DNA of 64,000 nucleotides. Origin: Chrysomallon squamiferum (Eukaryota; Animalia; Mollusca). The DNA is taken from positions 28,830,001-28,894,000 of the forward strand of contig CM022665.1 of assembly GCA_012295275.1 (NCBI GenBank), in the 5' to 3' direction. The translations under genes and the position numbers were made by a program. This document shows, piece after piece, positions 26,724 through 40,151 of the stretch. The notes below the pieces were generated by a model, which worked only from the letters and a program-made list of their open reading frames with translations, was not told the DNA's origin and did not search any database. The stretch's first letter is position 1, and each line of letters begins with the position of its first letter.

Positions 26724-29700
26724 TCATTATATGTATGTATGTTTGATAGAATTAATGAATTTGTGGAAATAACATGTTTTTTCTTGTTTAATGTACAGTG
26801 TTCATTATAATATGTATAACACAGTGCAGCAAAAATACAGTATTCTAATTTGAATATTTATGAAAATAGATACTAATTATTTGAATTATGTTGTATTACA
26901 ACTTTAATGTTAAAGGAATTATAATAATTTAATATAATTTATAGTATAAAAAACAAAGCCCCAAAACCCCCAAACAAAAGAAAATAACAACTATCATTCT
27001 TTCTGTATTACACATTTCAATTTGTAGATCATTTGTATATCATGAAAAATAAATTATTAGCTGTAACAATCATTGTGGTATTGATAAAATTTTAAAATGG
27101 AATAACAGCCTGGAGTTAATAACTGAATATATTTATTTAAAAAAAAAAATGTACTGAGATGAGCAACTTTGTATTTCAGGCAAGCATGGCAGTCACTGGG
27201 GGACATGTCCAGGGAGAGTGCAATGGCTGAATTAGTGAAACATCTCGACAGTATCTGTAGTCTATTTAAACCATTTGTTGAGGCCCACAAGACTGAGCGA
27301 GACGAAAAGATAAAACGAGAGTACGATAATTAATTTATTGATGTTGTACAGTTACATTTTACTGACAACATACTTATTGTATTTTGTTTGAACAGTTACA
27401 AAAAAAAAAAAAAAACTTTTTTATTTCTATTTATCACACAGACACTCACACACTGACACATGCATACTTAAACAGTTTTTACTAAGTTTGAGTTTTTCAT
27501 TGATCCACAGCCTGTTAGAAAACTTGGCCAAATCAGTGTGTTTTTGGTTTTTTAGTTATGATATTTATTTTATAATGTCTGTTATGATCTCTAATGTACT
27601 GTTAATAACTCAGAAGCTAATACATTAGAATGACTGAAACAATCCCTTTTAATTCATGTGTCATGTAGTTATTGATTAAAGTTATGTGGCAGTAGTATAC
27701 ATAATACACATATTAGTTTTTATTAATTTAATGTTTTTATAGGAAAGAGGAAGCAGAAAAACGGCGCCAGGAAGCTGAGGAACGTGAGCACAAACTTTTA
27801 GAAGAGCAAGCCAAACTGCAGCAGGAGGCAGAAAGAAAACGACAGATGGAGCAAGAGTAAGTTATCTATTTTTTTTTTTTTTTTTTTTTTTAAATTTACA
27901 CTCTCATTAAAACAACTAAAATATTCCTTTAGCAATAATAACAAACAGACTAAACATATTTTGTATTTTTCAAAGTGTTATTTCGTTATAATGTCCATAC
28001 TGGTTAAAACTGTTTGAGAGAATGAGTAGGTCATGTCATGTTGACAGTGTGATAGAGCTATTTTTAAAAACTATTTTTAAAGTAATATACTTTCCCTTTA
28101 AACATGAACATGCTAGCTTTAAGGTTATTTTATCATACAAAGTTTAAAACCACCAAAGTAAATGTTACTGTTTTCAGAATGCAGATCCGGATGGCACTTA
28201 ACCAACAAACAGCTCAGCAGTTCAGACAGTATGCAGAACAGCAATATCCAGGCAATGCACAGATGGTAATTTAATTATTTTATTTCCAGTAAACACAGTT
28301 ATATATATCATGATAAACTAAACAAAACATCAAAGTTCTGAATCAGTGTTGACAAAAATCATTTTGTATATAGCAGTATTAAAAATATGTGATATCTCCT
28401 CATGTAACAGGGAACTGTCTTTCATTTCTATATATATATCATTATATGAAATGATACTGATTAAAAAAAAAAATGTCCTTATTTAATGACTTGTTGTTTA
28501 TTGATAAATACCACTGAACAAATAAAATATGTTTGCAAAATATGCAAAATATATTTAAACTATTTTGTCATCTTTAAATAAACTTTAATCTGTCTGATTA
28601 CAGCAGGAAGAATTGATTCGTCAGCTACAGGAGCAGCACTTTCAGCAGTACATGCAGCAGATCTACCAGCAGCAGCTGCTTCACCAACAGCAACAGCTGC
28701 AGCAGATACAGGCAGTGAACAATTCAGGAAAGACCCCTCAGAATTTGCAGAATGCAGGACCAGGTGTGCAAAATGGTCCTTTGGCTGGCTCACCACAGAA
28801 ACAAGTGAGTCACGGAAATGAGTCGTCAGAAATCAAGACTGATGAAACACAAGGTAATTTTTTAAACTAATATTTTATTTTATATACATAATAATTTGCA
28901 GTTTCTTGATGCAAATGTCCATATGCAGACTAGGTTTTCATAGTACATCCCATTTCATTTCATTTTGCAGATAACTGATTGAACTTAAAAACATTTATGA
29001 AACTTATTTAAATTAAAACTATTTTTTACCATAATACCCAATTTTATGATATATTAAAAAAAAGGTGAATAACGGTAAATGTTGTCCTTCGTGTAGTCTG
29101 ATATCTTACAACAGATATATTTTTAAAAAGAAAAATGAAAAATGAAGCAAAGTAATTGGATTATTAGCAATGAGAAAAAATGAACAAGCACAATTAATAG
29201 TTTAATTTTTTAAATTGCTGACAACCTTCATTCTTATAAATATTATTGTTTGTTTCTCAGCAGTGTTTTCATTTGAATTTTAATTAACTGATTTTAACAA
29301 AATATCTGCCCTATTAACCAGTATGATTTTATTAGATAATAATAAGTGAAATAAATTTTTCAACAGACTAGAGAGTAAAAACATACTTTTGGTAAACCAG
29401 GATTGATTGGAATGGAAACAGCTAGAATCTAATCATAAAGCATACCGATAGCAATTACAATGGCATCGTACCCCAAACATAGAAATGATAAAATATTGAT
29501 TACAATCATATTGAAAATAAATTCAGAAATTAAAAAATGTGCAGTATGTTACTTATGTGACTGTGATAAAAAAACGTTTATGACCGATTTAATTTACATA
29601 GTACTGTAGATGTGTAATGAAAAGGTAATCTGCTTTGTGTGTGTATATGTGTGTGTGTGTTTATGTATTTATATATTTATATTACTGTGTATGTATGTAT

Positions 29701-32146
29701 TTAAATCTTACTGTAATATTAATTTTCCAACATTTTTTCCAAACCTGACACATCAGTGTACTGTCTCTGGTATTTTATAAATATATGTTATACTCGATTG
29801 GTGTATGCTATTTTAGCAGTGGACACAACTTCAGTGCCCAAACTTATGCCAGCATCGTTATGGACACGTAAAGATGTGACTGAGTTTAAGAACAGTGTAC
29901 GACACATTAAAGAAAATGTGATCAAAATTTCATCTCTGGCCACAGCAACAGTGAGTTGGATTCAGATATACCTGGAAATCATTGGTGCCATCATGTGTAC
30001 TCTTGTGTTGTTTCTTTGGTTGTGGTCAGTGTCAGACTAAATGCATGGTGATGAGGACTGATTCAATGTTAAAAATAATTGTTCATATAACGGGTGATTT
30101 TATTCTAATTTTAGTGGTAAATAATAAAAAAGGGTAATTGTAAATAGGTGATGTATGTTTCAAACATCTTGGAAAATGAGTAGCAAATTGGTAAAATATG
30201 AGTTAAATAATAAGCAATATACAAATTTAATTAATAAGTGATTTCCAAATTTAAATATTGAATAAATGTGACTATCTGTATATCTATTAAAAAAATATTT
30301 TAAAACAATATTTTATTAGTACATCTTGTTTGTGTAAGATGAATGTTACACCATGAAGAGAAAATATAAATTATCCACTTGGTAAATTTAATGAGTTTTG
30401 GGAGAGAATTTAAAATTACATTATTTTTTGTTGTAAATCAGTCCACATTAACTGAAAGTAGTCTGACACTGATGATGTATTGTTTTTGTGTGATCTGTCA
30501 TTCTGCTTTCCGGTGTTGTAGATGAGTTGCCTTCAATAGCTGCTGCCTCCATGTGGACCCGAAAAGATTTAAAAGAATTCAAAGATTCCCTTCGAAACGA
30601 CAAAGATTCTGTTATTAAAATAGGCTCAGGAGAAACAGTCACTGTGAGTACTGGGAGCTTTGTCATTGAAATTTCTCAGTGAACTATATTTCAGTTATTT
30701 TAAAATTAATAACTGGGACTTGCCTCTTTGAAACATTGTTTTATTAGATAGTTACTTCAAACAAGGAGGCTTTAGTTCTAAATTTAAAAAGTCAATAAGA
30801 TGTTTGAAACCAGTGAGGCCTGTATTGAAAGCAACTAATAATGGTTTAAAGGGAATATAATACTTTCATCATAAAAAAAAAAATAATAATAAAAACTATT
30901 AAAGCTCACTAACTTGTTCCTAGATTTAATTTTAAATATATTATGCTCGTTATTTTAAATTTCAGTTTGAATTTTCAGTTATGATAAAAGTTTTTGTTTA
31001 AATTTAAATTTAAATTGGTATTCAGGGATTCTTGGTAAATGTCAAATTCTGCTGCATTCACATTTATTTTTGTATTTGCACTTTCTCTCATTGTGTTTCT
31101 TGTGAAGAGTTTTGTGTTCATTAGTATTGAATATTCATAATCCACACTTAATTTTCCACTTTGTAACTTCACATTCTATGTCACTTTTTTGTTTTATATT
31201 TTATTCAGTATACAATGTGTATAAACTTCACATTTTCTAAATTGTTTTTTTAAATAATTATAAATTTAAAAATACAGGGAAAGCCTGTTTACAATGGGAA
31301 ATTCAATTAATCCTATTTTGTAGGTTAAATATGAAAGAGTTATTATTAATGTACTTGTTTTGAATATGTGCTTTAACAAAGTAGCTGTAATTAATGTGTT
31401 GGATTTGTAGGTTCGAGTGCCAACACATGAAGATGGAACTTGTTTGTTTTGGGAGTTCGCCACTGACTATTATGATGTAGGTTTCGGAGTGTACTTTGAA
31501 TGGACAATAGCCCCTAGCAACACTGTCAGTGTTCATGTTAGTGAGTCCAGTGACGAAGAGGAGTTTGATGAAGAAATAGAAGGAGCAGCTGATTCTGCAC
31601 AAGGTATAAATACTTTATTAAAGTCTTTTTGAAGTAAAAACATAAAGTCAGCATTCTTGTAGCTTTATTAATATTGCTATAGTTGAATGTATTTAATCTT
31701 GCTTAAAAAGAGTATAGATGAACAGTCTAAAAAACAAAATGGTGATCCTATTTTAAGGGGAAATAACCTGTGCTTGCTTAAAGCATTCAGAAACATACAA
31801 GGATACATTTCTTTGCATTTCCACAGTTTTTAACAATCTTTTTAGTAATTGTGTAACAAATGTTTGACTGTTGAGTTTCAAATTTTGTTTAAATAAATGA
31901 TTCTGTTGTAAACAAATTTTGCTGTTTTAATAATCAGGAAAAGATGATGTGGAGAGAGGAAAGAAAGTTGATAATCGACCACCAACTGATGAAATCATTC
32001 CTGTGTACCGACGTGACTGTCACGAAGAAGTGTACTGTGGCAGTCACACTTACCCTGGTAGAGGAGTGTACCTGCTGAAGTTTGATAACTCGTACTCCTT
32101 GTGGAGATCAAAGACTTTGTACTACAGAGTGTATTACTCTAGATAG
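22835..32146 (+). CDS. ACBD3: Golgi resident protein GCP60 / acyl-CoA-binding domain protein 3 (ACB, charged region, Q-rich, GOLD), ~472-476 aa
   Basis: Exons (+): 22835-22994, 24392-24533, 27180-27320, 27743-27856, 28178-28265, 28604-28853, [29817-29950 or 30522-30643], 31411-31603, 31938-32146. Motifs: [103 protein letters not shown], and [27 protein letters not shown]. Confidence 0.97.
29817..29950 (+). CDS. ACBD3: ACBD3 alternative exon 7A (divergent duplicate)
   Basis: ttttagcag acceptor (NAGNAG) and gtgagt donor, phase 1->0. Encodes [45 protein letters not shown], paralogous to exon 7B. Confidence 0.8.
30026..30472 (+). promoter_or_regulatory. Intronic long-range RNA duplex between the ACBD3 alternative exons (putative splicing-regulatory structure)
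   Basis: 30026-30039 tcagtgtcagacta is the exact reverse complement of 30459-30472 tagtctgacactga. 30049-30063 tgatgaggactgatt pairs with 30436-30450 aatcagtccacatta (9 perfect bp, extended with one G-U and one mismatch). Confidence 0.7.
30522..30643 (+). CDS. ACBD3: ACBD3 alternative exon 7B (canonical-like)
   Basis: ttgtag acceptor and gtgagt donor, phase 1->0. Encodes [41 protein letters not shown], close to the vertebrate ACBD3 [22 protein letters not shown]...SVITVGRGEVVT (recalled from memory). Confidence 0.92.
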
Positions 32147-35100
32147 GCTTCTGCACTATCATCTAGTTACGTGGGCAAATGTAGTTGGGGTATTTAATAC
32201 ATGCTAATCTTGTAAACTATGTGCTTCAAGTCAGTCAGGTTAAGCAAATTATTCTATCTGAATATCATTATTTTTGTTACAAATCTGGATATGAATTAAG
32301 ATATTTTATTGTAGTCATTTGGAATCAACTGTCACTTTTCTGTTCTAGATCAGAGAACAGGTGTGTAATGGTGAGCTGTTTCAGTCTTAGATTATATGTT
32401 ATTGTTAGTGATTTTACTTGTCTGTCTTGATCAAGTAAAATTCTTACTGACTTTGCATTTAGCACCTATATCTATCTGTAGGTTCATTTATTGTCTTGAT
32501 GAGCCAGATGTGCCAGAAATTTAGTCAAATTCAGTTTTTAATGTCCCATTTAACAGGTGCAAATAATGGTAATTGTGTTTTTAACACAAGAAATGCCATG
32601 AAAGATGGGTCACTTTACAGCAGATCATATTTTATTAAGAAAGATCTGAACATTACAGGTTTTTCTTAGTTGTATGATAAAAAAATTCACTGATGTCACA
32701 TTTTTGAATTGTTGAAAACTTGGTATCATTTTACTACCTATTACTTACTTGTGTACATAATCTTTAACATTGAAGAAATTTGTTTGTTGTTGTTGACATT
32801 TTTTTTTGTTAATTGTGATCTACAGAATAAAAATATATTGATGTTTAAAAGATAAACAGAATTTTAAAGATATGAACTGTAATATACATATTTGCATGCC
32901 ATTGTATGTTCTATAATTGTGAGTTTTTGTATATAACTGTGGCAATTTTAAAAACAAAGATCTTTTATTTAAAGAATCTTTATGTCATTTAAGCCAGATT
33001 TATAGACATCTGTTCTATGGGCTTTGTCTTTTCAGTTATGGGGTGTCTTATTGTGTTTTGTGTAAATATTTCAATATGTAAGCTGTTTGGAAGTTTATTA
33101 CAGGTAATTGCAAAATATATTCCAGTTTACAGTAATGATAATCAAGATGGTTGTACAGATTTAATGTTTAATAATATTAAATAGAAAAGAAAGCTATATA
33201 TTCAGAAATATTAACTGTTACGATGTGGGACTAATGATTCAAGATGTTTATGCCCAGGTTGTTTGTCATTCCTAAACAATGCTAATTCCCAAATTAGTAG
33301 AATATATTTTACTTTGTCCAAATTAAGTAGTGAACAAGAGATGATAGAATTTCTAAGTGTACTGAAGGATATCCTGACAGCCAGAGAAATTTTCTGCTGA
33401 AGTGATGTGTGTTGTATGATTTCCTTCAGTTAAGGTCAGTTTTACCTGAAATAGAAATTTCAAATTTGGTAAGGCATGTGATATTGTGCTAACATATTGT
33501 AATATTATTGTTGACCAGTTTAGAAAACTATTAATCTGGTATCATCAGTTTTAATCAGGCTCATCTGCATAATTTTACCTCATTAATTTAATGATTTTCG
33601 ACACTCAGATTTATTAATATTGAATACATTTACGTATGTATTCAGTATCAATAGATCTGGGGGTTTGTTTCATGAAACAGTTGTAGCTAAAAGTCCAGTG
33701 GATATGTGTATTTATGCTCTGATCTGACACATTGCAACAAAGTCCTATGTTAAGTGATTTGTTATCACTGCAATTGATTCATAAAAATAATTTGTAAAAT
33801 GGTTTTTAAATTTAAAGTGGAGGGGGACAAATTTAAAATAATGTTATTCATAGGTGAAACTAACATGATGCTTATTTTTAAAAATTCATAATTTAGATAA
33901 CTGAATTTTGTGCTTAAATCATTGCAGGATTTCTTAGATGCCCTGTGGAGGTTAATATAAAACAAACACTAGAGGAGTCTGTACAAACTTCAGTACTAGA
34001 GCTAGTCCATTCATACTAAAATATCAAACTCTTGCTCACTTTGTCCCATAAAAACTGACATTTCAGTAGAAGTTTGCATCTCTCTTAATATTTTTTAAAT
34101 CTGTTTGTATTGATTTGTACTGTTTATGACTGTTATTTTTAGGTTTTATCATAAAATAAAACTGACTTTTGTGCATGGAAACTTGCAAAAGATTTTACTG
34201 TATATTGTGAGTTCTTTTATTCATCTTAATAAGTTAAATTTATATCTGTTTCTTTCTCAGTTTTGACAGAATGAGAGATAATTGATTTTGTAATACAGTA
34301 TCAATTTGTGAAGAATTTCATGAGAGGCTGGCTTGAGTCAAGTGTTTGTAGTATATATCAGTAGTATTATATCAAGATGTTGGTGCTGGGAATTGATGAC
34401 AAAAGCCTTGATTCAAATGGGTGTTTTTCTTTTCTTTTTTCTGTCTCTTAATTTGTAGTCCTGCAATAATTCATTTTTTTTTTCAGCATATATTTTTTTT
34501 ATTCACACTATAATATACATTTTGTTTTCAATATACTGTTATGTATTTTTTTCAGATAAATAATAGGTTTTTTAAAATTTATATATACTTTTTCGTTTTT
34601 GGTACCATTTGCGTTATTGCAGAAACTCATTTAAAGAAAGATGGCCTGGTCTGTGGTCATAGATTTTAATCCATTGTTGTTAGGGATATTCTTTGCGTGT
34701 GTGTGTGTGTATTTGTGTGCATGCATGCACATGCACATACATGCCCAAACACAAACACACACACACACATGCACAGAGAGAGCCACATACATACTCACAT
34801 GCACACTTCTGCTTTAAACCTGTATAGCTATTGCACATGTAAACACTCATCATTTCATAGCCAGAAGACACAAAATACATTGGTGTAGGTGCATTTGCAG
34901 TGTATTTTGTTCATTCACTGCAGGTCACTTTCTTAACCAGTCTAGCTATTATGAGTATCCATTCATATGATATTTAAATCCTTGCTTGGAACCTGGTAAT
35001 AATTTACCATCTAGTGTTCTTTTGTCATTTTTTTACATTTATGACTTATTTTGCATGTGATTAGATCAGGTAATTTGTCAACATCAACATACAACATTGT

Positions 35101-35369
35101 AATGTAAACACATAATTAAGCTGTCAGTGTAAATAGAATTATTGTTACAGAAAGTGTATTTAATTTAAAAATAACATTTAAACTTTTCTTTACTGTTTTA
35201 GTTTTTACTAATTTTTTTGTCATTAGAAAAAATAAACTAATCTTCAAATATTCCATCAGAATAAAACTCACATTTATTGTTAATTCACTGAATTCATAAG
35301 TTAATTATTTGTCCCACAAATTATTATAAAAAAATAAATACCAGATTATTTTATAATTATACAAAGCAA

Positions 35370-35406
<37 letters not shown>

Positions 35407-38095
35407 TTCTGTTATATATGTATACCTGTATTATTATTATTATTTTTTTTATTGTTTGTTTTAATTATTAATTATTATGCTTACATTTGTTACATTATTA
35501 ATAATTTGTAAGTTTTCAGTATTCTGGAGATTTTTCTGATTTATCAAATAAAATTTGTCTTTGGCCTTCTTCTGTCCAGAGTGGTGGAAGAGAGAGAGTA
35601 AACACTCTAGTACTGTTTAATTCAGAAATATAAGTCATAGTCTCATGATTCTTTCTTTCTTCATTAATTTATTTACATATTATTGCATCTCAGTTTTGTT
35701 TTACATAAATGTCATGGTTTGTGATACTTTAATAAATATTATTTAGAGACTTTGATGCCAGCATTTTCTGTGTGCTGATGGTATGGAGTGTATTAATAGA
35801 TGGTAAAGGTACCTGAAACAGTACATCTGTACTGTTGTTATAAAACTTCTGTATATTCTTGTACAGACCATTGTTGTATGTTAAATGTTTAACAATGTTA
35901 ATATTAAACTATATACTGTTAAAGAGTTTATTGCTGTAATGTGACCCATCAGTTTTATCAGTCATAGATCAGTTTGTTGGTTCTTTTCTTTGCATTCTAA
36001 AATGTTGTAAAAAAAACAACAACACAAAAAACATTTAAAATAAAAACAAAAATAAAAAATACCAAATAATAATTAAAAATACAAAAAAATTTAAAAAATA
36101 AAGGGGTAAAAAGAAAAGATAAAACATTAAAAAACAAGAATCCGATTAGCTGTAAAAATTTTCAGAATACTTTTGAATAAGATTAAGCTAAATATATTTT
36201 AGTCTTACAGTTTGACTAATGGTGAGAAAGAATTAGGGTGACTTTGATCTCAAAAACAGTTTTCACTTTTAAATCCATATTTGGAAATTTCTAGAATATT
36301 TTCTTAATGTTGCATCTTAAATGTATGTATTATGTATGTTTATAAATCGGTCAAAATAATTTGTTTATAATGATGAGCTTCTAGTCTGCTGTTTTCTTTT
36401 TATGTTTGTTTTGCCATTCAAATGAACCATCACTGGAAGATTTTTACAACTAAAAAAAAAAAGAAGAACATTTTCAAAGACAGATTTTAAACAAATTATT
36501 CGTAATTGTTTTTTGATGTAGAGTCTGAACATAATGCTTGGGTACTTAATGTGTTTCAAAGTAGCATTATCAAAATTAACATCTGTTAACAAGAATATAT
36601 CTGATTTAATAGACAAATTTTTATATTTTCACCTTATATTTTATTTAGGCATTGGCTAAAAGATGGCTTCTTTGTTTATAACTTAACTGATCAAATATAA
36701 GGCTCATATAATAATATATTCATTATTAGTAACATAGTGAAAATTGGAAATATATATGTTGATAATGCTACTAAAGGAAGTGTATATTTGTATATTATAT
36801 ATAAAATGGGTTTCTATAGTTCTTGTCATCTTGCAGTGTTGTTATATTTTACATACTGTATAGTGCAAGATGTTTATATGTGTTATTATCATGTATAATG
36901 TTATCAAATGGCTATAAATGTTTTTTTTCTGTGTTTAGGGTCTTGTTTCTTGTTTGTTCCTTAAAACACTTTTAAAATAATAATTATAATAATAAACAAA
37001 AATTGTAACCAATATTTTTTATAATTGGGAATAGTTTGATAATTCTGTTTAATTATTCTGCATTTTACTGATTTTGGAAACAACAATAACAACAAAACAA
37101 ACAAACAAAACAAACCAATAAAAAAAATATAAAAAAACGTTGATACTTAATCTCTTAAATACACGTCGAATTGTTCTTTCATTGAGTGGCAACTTAACGT
37201 CAGTGATGGAAACATTAACATTTACATGTAACAAAACTAATAATGTTGAGTGGTTATGTAAACACAGCCATTCCAAATATTTATCTGCAAAACGTAAGCT
37301 ATCAACGTTACGTCTGTCATTACCTTGCTAAGTATTAAGCATATTTGTATGAGTGTATCATATATGTGTTTACAGACGCAAGCGTATTATATAAAAACTG
37401 GCTTTCTTTGAGGATGCACTTAAGGCGTAAATCATAAACAGGAATGTTTGACTCTGGTGATGGTGATGATGATAAAAGAAACTAACACAAAAGAAAAAAA
37501 AAAAAGCGCCAGTATAACAATATTTAAAAAAATAAATATAATTATTATAGCGATATCTTTTGTATATCTGTGAATAAACATCTCTTAGCTCATTCAAAAA
37601 TGCTTTTCTGTTCTAGGAAGATGCGAACAAGTTATAGCAAGTTATGCAGATCTGTTGACAATGTTCATGTTGATAGATACGTACCTGGCCATAGGCACGT
37701 AAAATATATGTCAATAAATTTTGGAAGAACAAACATTTCAGAGTATTGACTTAACGACAAAACTAGGTCGGGTTTTTTAATAACGTAAACTCAAGATGTA
37801 AGTGGGTGTTAACCAAACAGGTACAGATTGAATATCACATTTTACTGATGTTGGCCAGTTTATAAATCAAATCTCAAGATGGACATAAAAACGTTTTACC
37901 TATTTTTATTGTAATTGATATCCTCAGCGATAAGGTAAACGCCTAACATTTCTTAGTCTTACATGACATACGTTATTTCAACGTACATCTGACTGGCTGG
38001 ATTTGCTTTTACCAGGCTTTTACGAGGATTTTTTTTTCACATTTTGTGTGTTAAATCAGTTTAAGAAATAAGTTTATTCGGTACTGAAAATCAAA

Positions 38096-38689
38096 ATGAG
38101 TGTTCAAGGAAAGAAAATTACGATAATAACCGATCAAGGAAGTTATTCAAATTTAAACTTAAAGAAGCAGAAATCATGGTCAGACAATATAAGTGAAAAA
38201 AGTACCGATACGAAAAGTTCTTTTGGAAAAAGCGTCAACAGCAGCCGATTCAGCAGTCTCCGAAGTCGTCTGAAATTGTTAGCTTCTCTTCGTGACTCCA
38301 AAAAAATTGGCAATATAGAAGAAACTGTCAGATTTCAACCCACGTACAAGATGGGTCCTGATGACAATCGGACATTCTCTGAGGAAAAAGCAAAACGTAT
38401 AATACACGGGGTTTTTGAAGCCTACCTCAAAGACAAAGATTACGATGCCAAACGATTCGCCAAGCTAAGCCCAACTCTGGCAGAGCTCATCAAAGAACGC
38501 GTGAAAGAATCCGGAATTTCTCGATACAAGATCGTCGCCTACGTATCCATCGTGGAAAAGAACCAACAAGGCTGTCAACATGCCAGCAGATGTTTGTGGA
38601 ACGTCCACACTGACAATTATGCATCCTCCGTATACGAAACAAAACAGTTTTATGCAGCAGGAATGGTTTTTGCTGTATATTTTGAATAA
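38096..38689 (+). CDS. Tctex-1 domain protein (dynein light chain Tctex-type, TCTEX1D1/DYNLT5-like), 197 aa, single coding exon
   Basis: aaaATG start. Tctex1D signature FQPTYKMGP..F....AKRII...L....Y, RYKIVAYVSIVE...QG...ASRCLWN..TDNYAS..Y....YAAGMVFAVYFE. Confidence 0.92.
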   Translation: MSVQGKKITIITDQGSYSNLNLKKQKSWSDNISEKSTDTKSSFGKSVNSSRFSSLRSRLKLLASLRDSKKIGNIEETVRFQPTYKMGPDDNRTFSEEKAKRIIHGVFEAYLKDKDYDAKRFAKLSPTLAELIKERVKESGISRYKIVAYVSIVEKNQQGCQHASRCLWNVHTDNYASSVYETKQFYAAGMVFAVYFE

Positions 38690-39586
38690 TGGCTTCTTTG
38701 TTTAAAAAATACACATTAAAATAGAAACAAACTTATACATTTTTAGAGAGGTCTTTGGATATTCAAAGAAAGGCCATTTCATTTTTTGAAATTGTACGTA
38801 TTAATATTTTAATATTATTTTATCCCGCTATTAACTATGTTAATATCACACATTTAAAAAGTACAGTAGATTTTTGTCGAATGTTTTGTAACAAAACATT
38901 TTACAATTAAATATCCGATGATATTTTCAAATATTTTGTCGAAACACAGGTATCACCATTACCACACCAACATCAACAACAGCAACGACATTATTTATAA
39001 CCAGGACAATAATAACAAGAACAACAATAATGATAATGGTGTGAAAAAGAAAATAATGATAATGATAATAATAATAATAATGGATGTTCAGTAAAAGAAA
39101 ACTTAAAGCCGTGTCATTATGATAAATTTTCATACAAGTGCTTTTGATAAGAAATACACTTTTATCAACCATACGTATGCCTGTTCAGATAAATATAAAC
39201 ACTTTATCTGCGGAAGTCTGTTTAATTATTTTTGGAGATACTACCTTCTTTATCAAAGAAGAAACTGTATATATATTGATTAGTTTGTACGGTTTCATAG
39301 TATTCTTTACATTGACGTAGAATCTGTATGACTGTCATTATTTATTTAGGTTTCTACAGACTTTGTTTCTTTTGTAAATCTTTCTCAAAACATGACATTT
39401 TTTCTTTATTTCTTAAAAACAAGATCTGTTATATAAAAATTACTGTATTTTTTTATGCTGTTATTTCATTTAGAGACATAATTTTATAACTGTAATATTT
39501 GTATTAATGATGCTGACGATGACGATGATGGTAATTACAATATGCAGCAATTCAAACACCTGTTTTTTCCTTTATCATCATCATCG

Positions 39587-39626
<40 letters not shown>

Positions 39627-40118
39627 TATTATTATTATTATTACAGAAGGCATTTTATGAACTTCATTAAAGTAAAAATTCCCATTTTGAATCTTCTGAT
39701 CTCTTCTGTCTCACCTGCTTGATTTATTAAAAACAAAACGTGGAACCTGACTCCAGAACCGCGATACATGTGGCTTTACGCACTGCACGTCGTTATATTA
39801 AAAAGAAATGTGAAAACATGAGGCGTGACCACACAGAAGGTTGTGTGTTAGGATAAGACGAATGTACAGCATTCGCCAGATTCTCGCTGAGAAAACAGTG
39901 TTGTAACAAAGGTACAAGGGTACCAGATGTGTGCAAGTGGTTACCATTCGATCTCTGTTATGTGGTTTTTCTGCTAATCATTATTAACATACAGTTTTTA
40001 AATTATTGATAGAACCATCCATGAATTCAGTCCGTGATTTAATCCATCTAACTATACACCCGCCCCTCGTACATCCATCTGTCTTGTCTATTTATGTGAC
40101 TTCCTGAATGTCTTTGAC

Positions 40119-40151
<33 letters not shown>

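Noticed and set aside
29756-30040. Stand-alone 94-aa ORF or ACBD3 pseudogene fragment
   Set aside because: It starts at GTG, and only the splice-site-bounded central part is ACBD3-like, so it is better explained as alternative exon 7A.
35371-35404. Long poly(A) tracts (also 54554-54611) as retroposon tails
   Set aside because: No recognisable SINE or retrogene body or TSD next to them, and A-runs are abundant throughout the window.
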